From the NCBI GenBank assembly GCA_951406725.2, contig OX597824.1, positions 36,642,001 to 36,706,000 of the forward strand: a stretch of 64,000 nucleotides of DNA, in the 5' to 3' direction. How positions within the stretch are numbered: the first letter of the stretch is position 1; every line of letters starts with the position of its first letter. The position numbers were made by a program, and so were the translations under genes. The notes under the pieces are model-generated. The model was given only the letters and a program-made list of their open reading frames with translations, did no database searches and was not told the DNA's origin. This stretch comes from Octopus vulgaris. Lineage: Eukaryota. Of the stretch, positions 39,661 to 51,993 are shown piece by piece.

Positions 39661-39819
39661 ATTTATAAATCTGAATTTATTTAATCTGGAACAAAAAGAA
39701 GACACACTAAGCTTTTATAGTGATGTATAATCTCTTCGCATTTATTGATAGTTACTAAAGCCCAAAACTTCAGTTGTCTTAATGTATGTGTGTGTATGTG
39801 TGTATATATATATATATAC

Positions 39820-39921
39820 GTGCGGGTGGCACGTAAGTGCGGGTGGCACGTAAGTGCGGGTGGCACGTAAGTGCGGGTGGCACGTAAGTGCGGGTGGCAC
39901 GTAAGTGCGGGTGGCACGTAA
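39820..39921 (+). repeat. Six perfect 17-bp tandem repeats at the 5' end of an RTE tail
   Basis: (GTGCGGGTGGCACGTAA)x6, starting at 39820, 39837, 39854, 39871, 39888 and 39905. Confidence 0.95.
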
Positions 39922-40100
39922 AAAGCACCCACTACACTCACGGAGTGGTTGGCGTTAGGAAGGGCATCCAGCCGTAGAAACACTGCCAGATTTGACTGGG
40001 CCTGATGAAGCCTTCTGGCTTCACAGACCCCAGTAGAACCGTCCAACCCATGCTAGCATGGAAAACGGACGCTAAATGATGATGATGATGATGATGATGA
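39905..40100 (+). mobile_element. Young RTE 3' tail copy
   Basis: CpG-retaining copy ending in (GAT)n. Confidence 0.8.
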
Positions 40101-40115
40101 TATATATATATATAT

Positions 40116-40321
40116 AATGTAACCACATGTGTATCGTTGGTGATTTTCTTTCTCCATCTTCCCTTCTTTGGGCCTTTCCTTTTTTTATGTTTCTGACGAA
40201 GAGCTCTGCTCGAAACATTAGATCTTCCTTCTTTCTGTCCTTTCCTGAGCGTTCAATAACACTATACTTGTTCCATGTCCTCACGTTGTTGTGTTTTCTC
40301 TTTGTTCATGTTTGGATTAAC
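40116..40321 (+). mobile_element. Short hammerhead-motif element (Penelope-like pLTR) in TA repeats
   Basis: 40190-40222 reads ttt CTGACGA A GAGC tct GCTC GAAA C ATT aga. Homologue of 5763-5952. Confidence 0.65.
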
Positions 40322-40331
40322 TATCTATCTA

Positions 40332-40390
<59 letters not shown>

Positions 40391-40494
40391 GTGGGATAAT
40401 AAAAGTGGTTCATAGACCATTTAGGGTCTATTTCTAGCAGAATAGTGTTGTAATCATTCAACAACCTTATTTTTTAATTATATATATATATCAA

Positions 40495-40772
40495 CTGGCC
40501 AGGCTCTCTGTCAATGATGAGTGTTCCAACTGAGCAGTCTGCTTGTGAAATTAACATGCAAATGGCTGAGCACTTCACATATATCAGTACTGTTAACTTA
40601 GCTCACAGGGAGATTCAGTATGACACAGAGTGTTACAAGGCTGGCCCTTTGAACTATGAATGCAACTCATAATTGCCAGATGAGTGGACTGGAGCAATGA
40701 GAACTAAACTGTCTTACTCACAAGATTACAATCATGAGCCAGAATACCCTAGCCACTAAGACACATGCCTTC
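40495..40772 (-). mobile_element. tRNA-derived SINE family B-related
   Basis: Reverse homologue of 50587-50905. Confidence 0.65.
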
Positions 40773-41749
40773 ACACACACACACACACAAACACTCTCTC
40801 TCTCTCATTCATATATTCAGTTGTATATTCCAGTCAGAGATTAATGTGATAAGCAGACTGTTGTTGCTTATGAGGACAGCAGCCATACAAGAAAAGAATA
40901 GAAAATTATAGATTCCTCATAATTGATCTCAAAGACTACAATCATATCATATATCGATTCCTGAGAAAATGTAAAATAAAAATAACATGTTTGATATTCT
41001 CAGTCTTGACCAGAATTACAGTGGTATCACACATTAATCAACATGGTCAATCACTAATCACAAGTCATGTTTAATCATTAATTATTACTCACTAATCACT
41101 AATCAACATGTTTAATCCCTTTATTAATATGTCTACTCATTTGGTAGTACTAGTTTCTCTTAAGATCCATATAAAATACTGTTTTCTTTATTAAGTCTCA
41201 AAGATTTAATTTTTTGGTTAAATTAATATAAAAATGCATGTGTTTTTGTTTGTTTTTTTAGTTGTAGGAAGACTATGATGCTATAAAGATTTAGTTAATA
41301 AAATACAAGAAATTTAAAAATAGACAATACTCAAGACAAGAGTCTGAGAGAAATCAATGTTTGATTATTTTGTTGAAGCAAGGTTTTTGTTATCTTCAGC
41401 CATGCACTTGCACGCAGAAAGTAAGTAAAATAAAAATGACTTTGGAAATGGTTCCTTCAAATAACGGTCGTTCTACAGAAAGAGTAAGCTACCGATATAC
41501 TGCATCCTTGACCTGATTGCAGTTATTTCACTTAACTTGCGTCACTAATGGATTTGTAAAAAGCATGCTTGTCACATAATCTCACTTTCCTTATCTATAA
41601 TTATGAGGCCTTTAAAAAATTGAGGTAATCAATATTGCTTAGTTTCCAGTTACGAACTAGAAAATCATAAATTTTAAGTTTATGGACATCTTGACTTCAC
41701 TCTGTGAGAGAGGGATAAACATATGAATATATTTGTAGAGGTTTGGCTG

Positions 41750-42131
41750 ATGCTGATGTTACATAACTAGCACCTGTGCCAGTGGCATGTAAAAAGCACT
41801 TTTCAAGCACTGGGCCTCAAGGAGGCAATGACAAATAACTGGAACCTTCAGCAATATGCCATGCTTGAGACGAAGACCCATCAAGTTACATGAAATCATA
41901 CTGATGACAGATACTGGAGCCATTCAACTGGCATTCGTGCCAGTGGCACATAAAAGTACCTGTTACACTCTCAGAGTGGTTGGCATTAGGAAGGGCATCC
42001 ATCCATAGAAGCCATGCAAAATCAGACTGGAGTCTGGTGCGTGCCTTAGCTTGCCAGCCCTGATCAAACCATCCAATCCATGCCAGCATGGACAACAAAC
42101 ATATGATGAGGATGATGATGATGATGATGAG
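41750..42131 (+). mobile_element. RTE 3' tail (long form)
   Basis: gtggttggcattaggaagggcatcc ... ccatgccagcatgg..(GAT)n. Confidence 0.7.
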
Positions 42132-42479
42132 GTTTTCCATCAATTGTCAACAGCTGAAGGAAAAGGGATGAGGCTATGAAAAACACAAGAATCTATATTG
42201 TGTCTACCACCATCACCACCACTCCAACCACATCCCAACCCCTATGACCACTGCTTTTCACTCAAACCTCAGCCCTTTGAAAGTTCCTCTCACTCTGTCT
42301 TTAATGTAGCTCTCAATTTGTTCAAGAAGAGCATCAACTGCATTAACCTAATAGTGTGCAAGAGCTGCAAAGGTCATAAAAACAACTCTTTCCTTCCTTT
42401 AGAATGAACCAATGGAAAACATTTAATCTAGAATCAACAGACATTACCAAATTTGAATGGGGATTAAATGTCTTTATCA

Positions 42480-42675
42480 AATGAATTGCTTATTTATTCA
42501 TATTGTTTTGAATTAATTACGCATTATCTCATAGCTTTGAGATTTCAATGGTGTATTTGTATATTTTTACAATGACATCATTGGATAGATGTGAGATGCT
42601 GGATCTGGTCAGTTTTAATTAAAACAGGTAGAATATTTAGGCTGGATATGGCCAGATTAAATGCTAAAGGTTCAA
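42480..42675. mobile_element. piggyBac-type MITE, partial
   Basis: gcttatttattcatattgttttgaattaat ... aatgctaaagg. Confidence 0.6.
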
Positions 42676-43597
42676 TCTAAATTTTACAGATCACAGATGA
42701 TACTGTATTGAGGTCCTAAAGACATAACTGTGTCTTTTTCTGCATATTGACTAAATAAGTCTTTGCTGTGAAACATCTTCATAAGTCTTACTTGTGACCA
42801 GTTATGTAAGGAATCAATGAATAAAATACTTAGTTCTCTGAAAGATAGAAAGGTCACTTTTACTCCTTAAATAGTGTCTACAATTTTCTTTGGCTAGCCT
42901 TGCCATAAGATTTAGCCTGCATATGGTCTGACAGTAAGAGTATCATAGTTCTTCTTCAATAAACTTTTACTAAGAACTCATGACTATCTCTCCCTATTAC
43001 AAGAAACATTGCCGCGAATTCTTTTAAGAAACTATTCCAACTTTAAAACCAAAACTAACCTACAATCATCAACAAATAACACAGAGGTATTTAGTTTTTA
43101 TCTCTTATTTTTTATAATTCAACTTCTAGAAATATATTTGTATACTAAAAAAAAACTGCTCTTTATTTTCCTTTTAAACCAATAATGCTGGAATATTTTT
43201 AAAGACAATTTTTAGTTGTGGATTTGTTGAAGAAGTAGAAAAAAGAAACGCCATCTAATTTGGAATTATTTTTATGTTGGCTTCAAAAGAGGAAGAACTA
43301 AGTACAAACATGTTTATCCGAATACAAATCCCAAACTCAATTATCAAAACAAAAACTGAAAAACAAATAAAAATTGAAAGGGAAAGAAATGGTTTTTCTT
43401 ATAGAATGGCATAGAGATTATTGACGGCAGGAATGTGTCCTCTAAGACATTAGCTAAAAATATCAAGAACTCTAAGATAGCTGGAACTGTAGGGGTCAGG
43501 CATTGAAACAGAGATAAAACAGTGGTTGGCGAAAAGTGAATTTCCTTAATTCAATAAATCGCTAACTACCTCCCCAATTCCACCCCACCATTACTGC

Positions 43598-43600
43598 TGT

Positions 43601-43641
<41 letters not shown>

Positions 43642-43800
43642 ATACAACTACTACTACAGCTGCTACTGCTACTGCTGCTGCTGCTACTGCTACTACTACT
43701 ACTACTACTACTACCACTACCATCACCACCATCATCTCAATCAATGCCATCACAATCATGACCACTGACACTACCACTGCCACCACCACCACCACCACCA
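43598..43800. repeat. Compound (TAC/TGC/CAC)n trinucleotide microsatellite
   Basis: Direct reading. Confidence 0.9.
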
Positions 43801-44056
43801 CTGTTACAGCCATTAAGTAACCCCCATTCACTTGTGGTGTGAGATATGATTAGGTTATGGTAAAAGTACTCTACAAGTGCAACCCACATGGTACAAATTG
43901 CTAAGTAGTGCTTGATAGTGTGCTACGCTGCCATTTGGGTATTTACACAAACAGGAAGCTCCTCTGATGTATTTCCCCTAAGCCACATTATTGATATTCG
44001 TAATCCATCTCAATACATTCCTTCTATTTCTTCAATAAGATATATTGGTCCCTCGT

Positions 44057-44270
44057 AAGGTGGCAAGTAGGCAGAAATATTAGCACACTGGACAAAATGG
44101 TTCACAGCATTTCATCCACCTTTATATTCTGACCTCTGCTGAGGTCGACTTTGGCTTTCATCCTTTCATGGTCGATAAAATGAATACCAGTTCAGCACTG
44201 GGAATCAATATAATCAACTTATTCCCTCCCAGAAAACTTGCTGGTCTTGTGCTAAAATTTTAAATTAATA
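44057..44270 (+). mobile_element. Meta-domain SINE, monomer
   Basis: aaggtggcaagtaggcagaa ... ctttcatcctttcatggtcgataaaatgaataccag. Confidence 0.7.
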
Positions 44271-44274
44271 TATC

Positions 44275-44856
44275 CTTTTCTACTCAAGGCAAAAGGCCCG
44301 GAATTTGGGGGGAGGGAGGGTCAGTTGATTAGATCGACTCCAGTATGCAACTGGTACTTAATTTATCAACCCTTAAATGATGAAAGGCGAAGTCAACCTC
44401 GGTGGAATTTGAACTTAGAACATAGACAGACGAAATACTTATTTCTTTATTGCCCACAGGGGGCTAAACATAGAGGGGACAAACGAGAACAGACAAAGGG
44501 ATTAAGTTAATTACATCGACCCCAGTGTGTATGTGGTACTTAATTTATCGACCCCAAAAGGATGAAAGGCAAAGTCAACCTCATTGGAATTTGAAGTCAG
44601 AACATAAAGACAGACGAAATACCTATTTCTTTACTACCCACCAGGGGTTAAACACAGAGAGGACAAACAAGGACAGACAAACAGATTAAGTCGATTATAT
44701 CGACACCAGTGCGTAACTGGTACTTATTTAATCGACCCCAAAAGGATGAAAGGCAAAGTCGGCCTTGGCGAAATTTGAACTCAGAACGTAACGGCAGACG
44801 AAATACGGCTACGCATTTCGCCTGGCCTGCTAACGTTTCTGCCAGCTCGCCACCTT
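44275..44856 (-). mobile_element. Meta-domain SINE, trimeric
   Basis: Units start at ~44275, 44436 and 44620, with the same gacgaaatac(c)|tatttcttta junction as 23364-23782. Confidence 0.8.
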
Positions 44857-44979
44857 ACTACCACTACTACTACCGCTACCACTAAGCATTTCACTCAGCA
44901 GACGAAATACCACTAAGCATTTCACTCAGCATGCGAACGTTTCTGCCAGCTCACAATCAATTAATATATTGATCACACT

Positions 44980-45200
44980 TAGGGTGGCAAGCTGGCAGAA
45001 TTATTAGCACACCAGGTAAAATGCTTAGTGCCATTTCGTCCATCTTTACATTCAGAGTTTAAATTCCTCCAAGGTTGACTTTGCCTTTCATCCTTTCAGA
45101 GTTTATGAAATAGGTACCAGTTGAACACTGGGGTTCATGTAATCAATTTATTCTCTATCCTGAAACTTATTGGCCTTTATGTCAAAATTTGAAGCTAATA
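44980..45200 (+). mobile_element. Meta-domain SINE, monomer
   Basis: agggtggcaagctggcagaa ... gactttgcctttcatcctttc. Confidence 0.7.
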
Positions 45201-45335
45201 ATATTGATCGCTCCTAACTTTGCCAATTAAGTAAAATATGTTTCACTGAGATCTAATAAGGCCGAAACATATCTGGTGTGGTGGTCATGTTAGTTTTAAA
45301 AAAACCAGATCTTCTCTAACCTCCACTATCAACAT

Positions 45336-45549
45336 TACACTTTTACTCTTTTACTTGTTTCAGTCATTTGACTGTGGCCATGCTGGGACACCGCCTTTAA
45401 TCGAGCAAATCGACCTTAGGACTTATTCTTTGTAAGCCTAGTACTTATTCTATTGGTCTCTTTTGCTGAACCACTAGGTTACAGGGACGTAAACACACCA
45501 GCATCGGTTGTCAAGCAATGTTAGGGGGACAAACACAGACACACAAACG

Positions 45550-45615
<66 letters not shown>

Positions 45616-45806
45616 CACACATACATACATATATATATACATATATATATGACAGGCTTCTTTCACTTTCCGTCTACCAAATCCACTCACAAGGCTTTGG
45701 TCAGCCAAGGCTATAGTAGAAGACACTTGCCCAAGGTGCCACACAGTGGGACTGAACCCGGAACCATGTGGTTCGTAAGCAAGCTACTTACCAGACAACC
45801 ACTCCT
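45336..45806 (-). mobile_element. SINE family A, full length
   Basis: Collinear with 993-1381. Confidence 0.85.
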
Positions 45807-46264
45807 AGGCTTTGTCCAAAAATCTTTGATCAAATGATGTTATAGAGTTATCTCCCTTGAATGTTTGTAAACATCTCGAAAGGGAGTTTTGTTTACTAAT
45901 TGTTTGAATAATTTCAGTTGATCAAAGTTTGACATTTCACATCTCATTATATTATATAGGTGGTATTTGTGACTGGCATGGAAGACATTCCTTCCGCTCA
46001 GTCATGTTGGTAACAGAATAAGGATTGGGGAGAGTGGGCCATTGCTGTACGTGTTGGGATAAAATAATTTGACAGATAAATTCTTATTGAATAGATGATA
46101 GCCTGATGGAGTCAATGGTTAGACAACTCAGCCAAGTGCAGCCAATAGGCAGGCAACTTGGCCATGTGCAGCCAATAGGCAAGTAACACAGTGTTTTTCA
46201 TACAAAACATCATTAACGACAACAACTTTTATTTTTCTGAAATTCACTGGGATGAAAGATCACC

Positions 46265-46585
46265 ATTCATCATCATCATCATCATTTAACGTCCGTTTTC
46301 CATGCTAGCATGGGTTGGATGGTTCGACCGGAGTCTGGGAAGCGAGGAGGCTGCACCAGCCTCCAGTCTGATTGGGCAGTGTTTCTACAGCTGGATGCCC
46401 TTCATAACGCCAACCACTCTGTGAGTGTAGTGGGTGCTTTTTACATGCCACCAGCACAGGTGCCAGGCGAGGCTGGCAACAGCCACAATCGGTTGGTGCT
46501 TTTTACATGCCACCAGCACGGAAGCCAGTCAAGGCGGCGCTAGCATCAACCACATTCGGATGGTGCATTTTATGTGCCACCAGCA
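46265..46585 (-). mobile_element. RTE 3' tail with internal gtgctttttacatgccacc subrepeats
   Basis: (CAT)n tttaacgtccgttttccatgctagcatggg ... three gtgc(t/a)tttta..tgccacc units. Confidence 0.75.
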
Positions 46586-46829
46586 GTGTAGAAAATCTAA
46601 ATGCCTGTTAGACTTGGTTCTATACGAACTATTCTGGTACTTAGTGACACTGCAAAGAGGAGGGAGTTGTCAATAATAGTTTCTGTCATTACTGAAATTT
46701 TAAAAGTGGTTTCACACAAGAATCATTGGTGGCACTTGAATGTATGTTGTTGAGAAGAGGAGACACTGCTTCACGTTTTTCTTAAGTCAGGGAAAATCTT
46801 TCTATCATGACTACAATATTATTATTACT

Positions 46830-46978
46830 CTTTACATTCTGTGTTCAAATGCCACCGAGGTCGACTTTGCCTTTCATCGTTTCAGGGTCTATAAAATAGG
46901 TAGCATCTGATCACTAGAGTTGATGCATTAACTTACCAGCTACCTTAAAATTGCTGGCCTTGTGCCAAAATTAGAAAC

Positions 46979-46982
<4 letters not shown>
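46830..46982 (+). mobile_element. Meta-domain SINE fragment
   Basis: gaggtcgactttgcctttcatcgtttcagggtc. Confidence 0.65.
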
Positions 46983-47030
<48 letters not shown>

Positions 47031-47512
47031 GACTGAGAGAGCAGTGCACGCCATCAAAGTGACACTGGGGTAAGATATACGAAGCCCAGTATACCCATCA
47101 TGACTACCTGTCTGATATGGGTACACCAGGCACATGCATCACGACCATATGTGCACGACATGGTGATCTCATATCAAGATAAACAGCGCATGACCTTGCA
47201 AGTGGGCCCCAGTTAGAATTTTCTTCTGGTTGAGTAGCCCATCCCGTTCAAAAGGTCCCTGAATAAGGGTTGTTTAAGGATGTTGAACAAATTATCCATG
47301 TTTCCAACGATGAATTATCCAAGCCTCTAAGAATTCCTTTCAACACACGGCTATGATAATCCCCTACTACTTCTGCTCATAATCAGAGATGCACATATTG
47401 TCAGCTACCAAGCGACAGGCTCAACTGGTTATGGTCAAACAACTGACAAGCAAATCTGTGGTATTGAGCAGAATATTTGCTGTAGCCCATCTTTTACACC
47501 AAGACAAAACAA
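46982..47512 (-). mobile_element. (AAT)n-tailed retro-repeat, homologue of 24577-25052
   Basis: Reverse-complement match over ~450 bp. Confidence 0.65.
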
Positions 47513-47574
47513 AGCAAATCTGTGGTATTGAGCAGTTGTCGCCGTCATCATCATCAACAACAACAACAACAACA

Positions 47575-47790
47575 AGGTAGTGTGCAAGTGTAGTCACTAG
47601 CATGTCAGGCAAAATGCTTAACAACATTTTATCTGTCTTTATGTGTTGTGCTCAAATTCCACCAGGGTCAACTTTGACATTCCTCCATTCGGGGCCAGTG
47701 AAATAAGTACCAACTGAGGACTGAGATTCATGTAACTGACTTGCCCCTTCCCTCGAAATTGCTGGCCTTGTGCGAAAGTTTGAAAATGCC
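47575..47790 (+). mobile_element. Meta-domain SINE, diverged
   Basis: aaatgcttaacaacattt ... aaataagtacc ... aaattgctggccttgtgc. Confidence 0.6.
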
Positions 47791-48031
47791 ATTAATAATA
47801 TTATTTCTAATATTGCTATTACTGCTTCTGTTGCTACTATGTCTCAATTCATAAATCTAACGGCTTTTATGACCACCCCCACCAACATTTACAATCACTG
47901 CCACCAAACAAAAACAAAAAAAAAAAAATAATATCCAATTTGTTTTGGTCAATAATAAATCTATAAATTTATAATTGAATTTCTGTATTTCTATTACTGT
48001 CACTGAAAACACTTCCCACCACACTCACTAC

Positions 48032-48063
<32 letters not shown>

Positions 48064-48499
48064 TACATACACACACACACGTGCTGTTACTCTATATTGG
48101 TGACTATGGCAACAAATGTACCCAGGTTAATTCACTGCTCACTAAGCTGATAATGAGATATAATGAGATTTTACTGGTGGCTCATTGCAATAAGTTCATT
48201 AAGTAGCTTAAAGTAATCAAGGCTTGCAATTCCTTGACTGTAAATTATTGATCCCTAACAGTGGGACAGAAACACCATCACACTGGGGTACTTCATAAAA
48301 GTAGACACAGAACTCCAGTATACACTCTGAAGGGCTCTGGGGCTGTGACTGAGAGAATGGAGTCATGTGGACAGTGTGTGTATGTATATAGATTTATATT
48401 TATAGACACACACACACACACACACATATAGTATGTGTATATGTAGAGTGTGTGTCATCATCTTCATCATTTAACGTCCACCTTTCCATGCTTTCCATG

Positions 48500-48790
48500 A
48501 ATGAGTTTAGTCGAATAACTCGACTCCAGTACCTGTTTCTTTTAAAAACTCTGGTACTTATTTTAACAGTCTTTTTTTTCTGAACCGCTCAGTTACCGAA
48601 ACGTAAACAAACCAACACTGGTTGTCAAGTCATTGTGGGGGAACAGACACATATTCGATGGGTTTCTTTCAGTTTTCAAGGCTTTGGTTGACTCGCAGCG
48701 ATAGTAGAAGACATTTGTCCAGATTCCATGCAATGGAACTAAACCCAAAAACCATGTACTTAGGGAACAAACTTCTTATCATGTAGCCAC
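48500..48790 (-). mobile_element. SINE family A, diverged
   Basis: Collinear with family A. Confidence 0.65.
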
Positions 48791-49075
48791 ATCATCATCA
48801 TCATCATTGTCGTTTAACGTCCGTTTTCCATGTTAGCATGGGTTGGAGGGTTCAACTGGGGTCTGGGAAGCCAGAAGGCTGTGCCAGGCCCAGTCTGATC
48901 TGGCAGTGTTTCTACAGCTGGATGCCCTTCCTAATGCCAACCACTCCGTGAGTGTAGTGGGTGCTTTTTACGTGCCACCTGCACAGGTGCCAGACGAGGC
49001 TGGCAAATGGCCACGATCAGATGGTGCTTTTTACGTGCCACCGGCACGGGGGCCAGACAAGGCTGGCAACGGCCA
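48790..49075 (-). mobile_element. RTE 3' tail
   Basis: Matches 46265-46585. Confidence 0.75.
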
Positions 49076-50070
49076 ATCGATGATTTATGTTGACTTCCAC
49101 TGTTGAGCTCAGAATAATGCCACATAACTGTAGCGGTAACAGCAAACCATTTCTCTTGAATTTATTTTCTATGGCTGGATGCCTTTCCAATTTTCATATG
49201 TTTCCAAGCTAGGAAATAGTTCCCTGTGCCCTGACTTGGTTTCCATGCAAGACTAGAAACAAACAACATTGCATGTACAATAGTGATGCTTGTGTACAAC
49301 CATTACATTATATCAAGGGAGGAATACACATGAAAACACACATACATGTGTGTGGGCATTATGTTCAGAGTTCAAATTCTGTTGAGGTCAACTTGCTTTA
49401 CATACTTTCAGGGTTGATAAAATAAGTAACAGTTAAGCACTTAACTTCACCCCCACAAAATTGCTGACCTTGTGCTAAAATTTGAAACCAATATGTTGTG
49501 TATTCATGGATCTCACTGATGCCAGTATGGAACATGGATGTTAAATGATGATGAGAAGTAGGATTCATGGTTTACAAGTTGGGGCAAAGAAGTATAAAAC
49601 ATGAGGACTATGATGCATTTTGTCAACCGTTTATCAAATGATTCATTTGGATCAGATAAATCCAGTCAAGTCATTCTCGTTTGTAATTGGCAGAGCAAAA
49701 TGGGTAGAGATGAGTGTCTTTTAGTTATTGATTATTATGGCAGTTTAAATATTACACATTGATTATCAGGGCAATTTATGATGCATTTATAGGAGCAGAG
49801 CAGAAGTGACAAAGACCATAACAAAAGAAAATAGAGAAGATAGAGGGAGGTTGCAGAAACAAAAAGAGATGAGGGGAATATATTACATGCAAAGCAAGTG
49901 AGAAATTGTGGCTTTAATGTTTTCCCAGGTTTGTTTAGTGCAATGTGTGAACGATAGAGAAGATCAAACTTAGATAATAGCAACACCATATTTCTTATCT
50001 CAGATTTTATGAGGATGATATTTGATGAGGGTGATAGAAAAAATAAAGCAGTTTTACTGAAAGCATAAGA

Positions 50071-50237
50071 ATAGGCACAGGCATAGCTGTGTGATAAGAA
50101 ACTTGCTTCCCAACCATATGGTTCCAAGTTCAGTCCCACTGCATGGCATCTTGAGCAAGTATTTTCTATAGCCTCGAGCTAACCAAAGCCTGGTGCATGG
50201 ATTTGGTAGACAGAATGGAAAGAAACCCATTGTATAC

Positions 50238-50270
<33 letters not shown>

Positions 50271-50480
50271 AGTGCATGTGTGTTTGTCATCCAGTACTGC
50301 TTGATAACTGCTGTCAGTGTGTTTGCATCCGTAACTTTGCAGTTCAGCAAAAGAGATCAATAGAATAAATACTAGGCTTAAATTGTAAGTATTAGGGCCA
50401 ATTCATTCAACTAAAAATTCTGCAAGGTGGTGCCCCAGCATGGCTACAGTCTAATGACTGAAACAAGTAAAAGATAAAAT
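50071..50480 (+). mobile_element. SINE family A, full length
   Basis: ataggcacaggcatagctgtgtg ... aatgactgaaacaagtaaaagataa. Confidence 0.8.
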
Positions 50481-50586
50481 GAAATAGACTCCAGCATAAT
50501 TCTAACTCACTGAAGTTAACCAACATCACAGAAGGCAACAGTAAATTCTTCAAGTATTAATCCTTAAAGTAAAGAATAGGTTGATG

Positions 50587-50905
50587 AGGGTGCATGGCTT
50601 AGTAGTTAGGGTATACAGCTTACAATCATAAGATCATGAGTTCAATTCCTGGCAATGTGCTGTGTACTTGAGCAAGACACTTTATTTTATGTTGCTCCAG
50701 TCCACTCAGCTGGCAAAAATGAGCTGTACTTTTGTTTCTAAGAGCCAACTTTGTCACACTTTGTGTCACTCTGAATCTCCCTGAGAACTATGTTAAAGGT
50801 AGATATATTTGTGGAGTGCTCAGTCACTTGCACAGTAATTTCATGAGCAGGCTGTTCTGCTGACTGTATCAACTGGAACCCTCATTGGTACCAATGGAGT
50901 ACCAG
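50587..50905 (+). mobile_element. tRNA-derived SINE family B-related
   Basis: TGGCTTAGTAG A box and AGTTCAATTCC B box, followed by cttgagcaagacac. Confidence 0.7.
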
Positions 50906-51034
50906 TTAAAGAATAGGTTGCCAAAATATAAAGCTTCCAGGAAGCCTTCAATGAAAAATGATGTACCAACCCAAATAGCCATTGCCTACACTAGCTTACA
51001 GGTGACATAGGTGATCTTAACTATTACAATATTT

Positions 51035-51189
51035 GGCTCCATGCAAAAAGCACTCAGCATACTCTGTGAAAGTGGTTGACATTAGGAAGGGTATCCAGCC
51101 AAAACAGACAATGGTGCTTGGTATAGCTCCCAGTCTTGCCAGCTCCTGTCAAACTATCTGACCCATGCCGGCATGGAAAATGGACATTA

Positions 51190-51222
<33 letters not shown>

Positions 51223-51230
51223 AATGATGA
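51035..51230 (+). mobile_element. RTE 3' tail
   Basis: ttaggaagggtatccagcc ... ccatgccggcatggaaaatggacattag(ATG)n. Confidence 0.65.
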
Positions 51231-51269
51231 CTGTTATAAGGTGATTAAAACCAGAGCATATATTGGCAT

Positions 51270-51430
51270 GGAATGTAGAGAAACTACTATGAAATGTACA
51301 GACGTTGCTAAGGAATCTAGAGATGTTGCTAGGGAATCTAGAAATGTTACTAAGGAATGTAGGTGCATTACAAAGGAATGTAGAGATGCTGTTAGAGAAC
51401 GTAGAGCAGAAATGTTCAGAGAATGTTACT
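51270..51430 (+). repeat. 21-bp minisatellite (six or more units)
   Basis: Consensus ~GGAATGTAGAGATGTTGCTAA, units at 51270, 51291, 51312, 51333, 51354 and 51375. Confidence 0.85.
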
Positions 51431-51774
51431 TCTTAAGAGATATGGATGAAAAATAAAATGCGTTTTTCAAGAAGAATCACATTATTGTGGAACAGAGTCT
51501 CCTGGAGAAATTTAGCAGGAGAAAACAAGGCTGTTTCCAGGCCCAGGGAGGGTCTCTCAAATATGCAAGGGAGCTGAAAGGTGTTTTCTTTTTGTTTTTT
51601 GTTTTAGTACAAGCCCCACTTCATTCTCCAGATTCCACCAGAAACCCTATTTATTATGGATCCTATTATCAGGTAGTAGAGGATATGCATGTAGTTTACT
51701 CCACAGGTATTCCAGTTATGACAATCCTGTTAGTTGTATATCTAAGATTGCATTGGTCAATACATTCTTTTTTA

Positions 51775-51993
51775 AGCCTGTAGCATTTAAACCAGGCATA
51801 GCTAACCCAAATTGTGTTCCTGTTTTATGTTCATACCAGCCAGATCAGGCCTCTTACACTTACCCTCCAATGTCATTCCAAAAGTAAAGAGTAACATCAC
51901 TGAAATTTCAAATCTACTAGACAATGAACAAGTAATTCGAAATAATATGTATGCATTACATTTTATAGAGTAATCTGAATACTGAAGGGTTAA
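51775..51993. mobile_element. piggyBac-type MITE
   Basis: ttaagcctgtagcatttaaacc ... aatactgaagggttaa. Confidence 0.6.

Noticed and set aside
39820-39921. CRISPR-like array
   Set aside because: Perfect tandem repeats with no spacers, in a eukaryotic context, derived from the adjacent retroelement.
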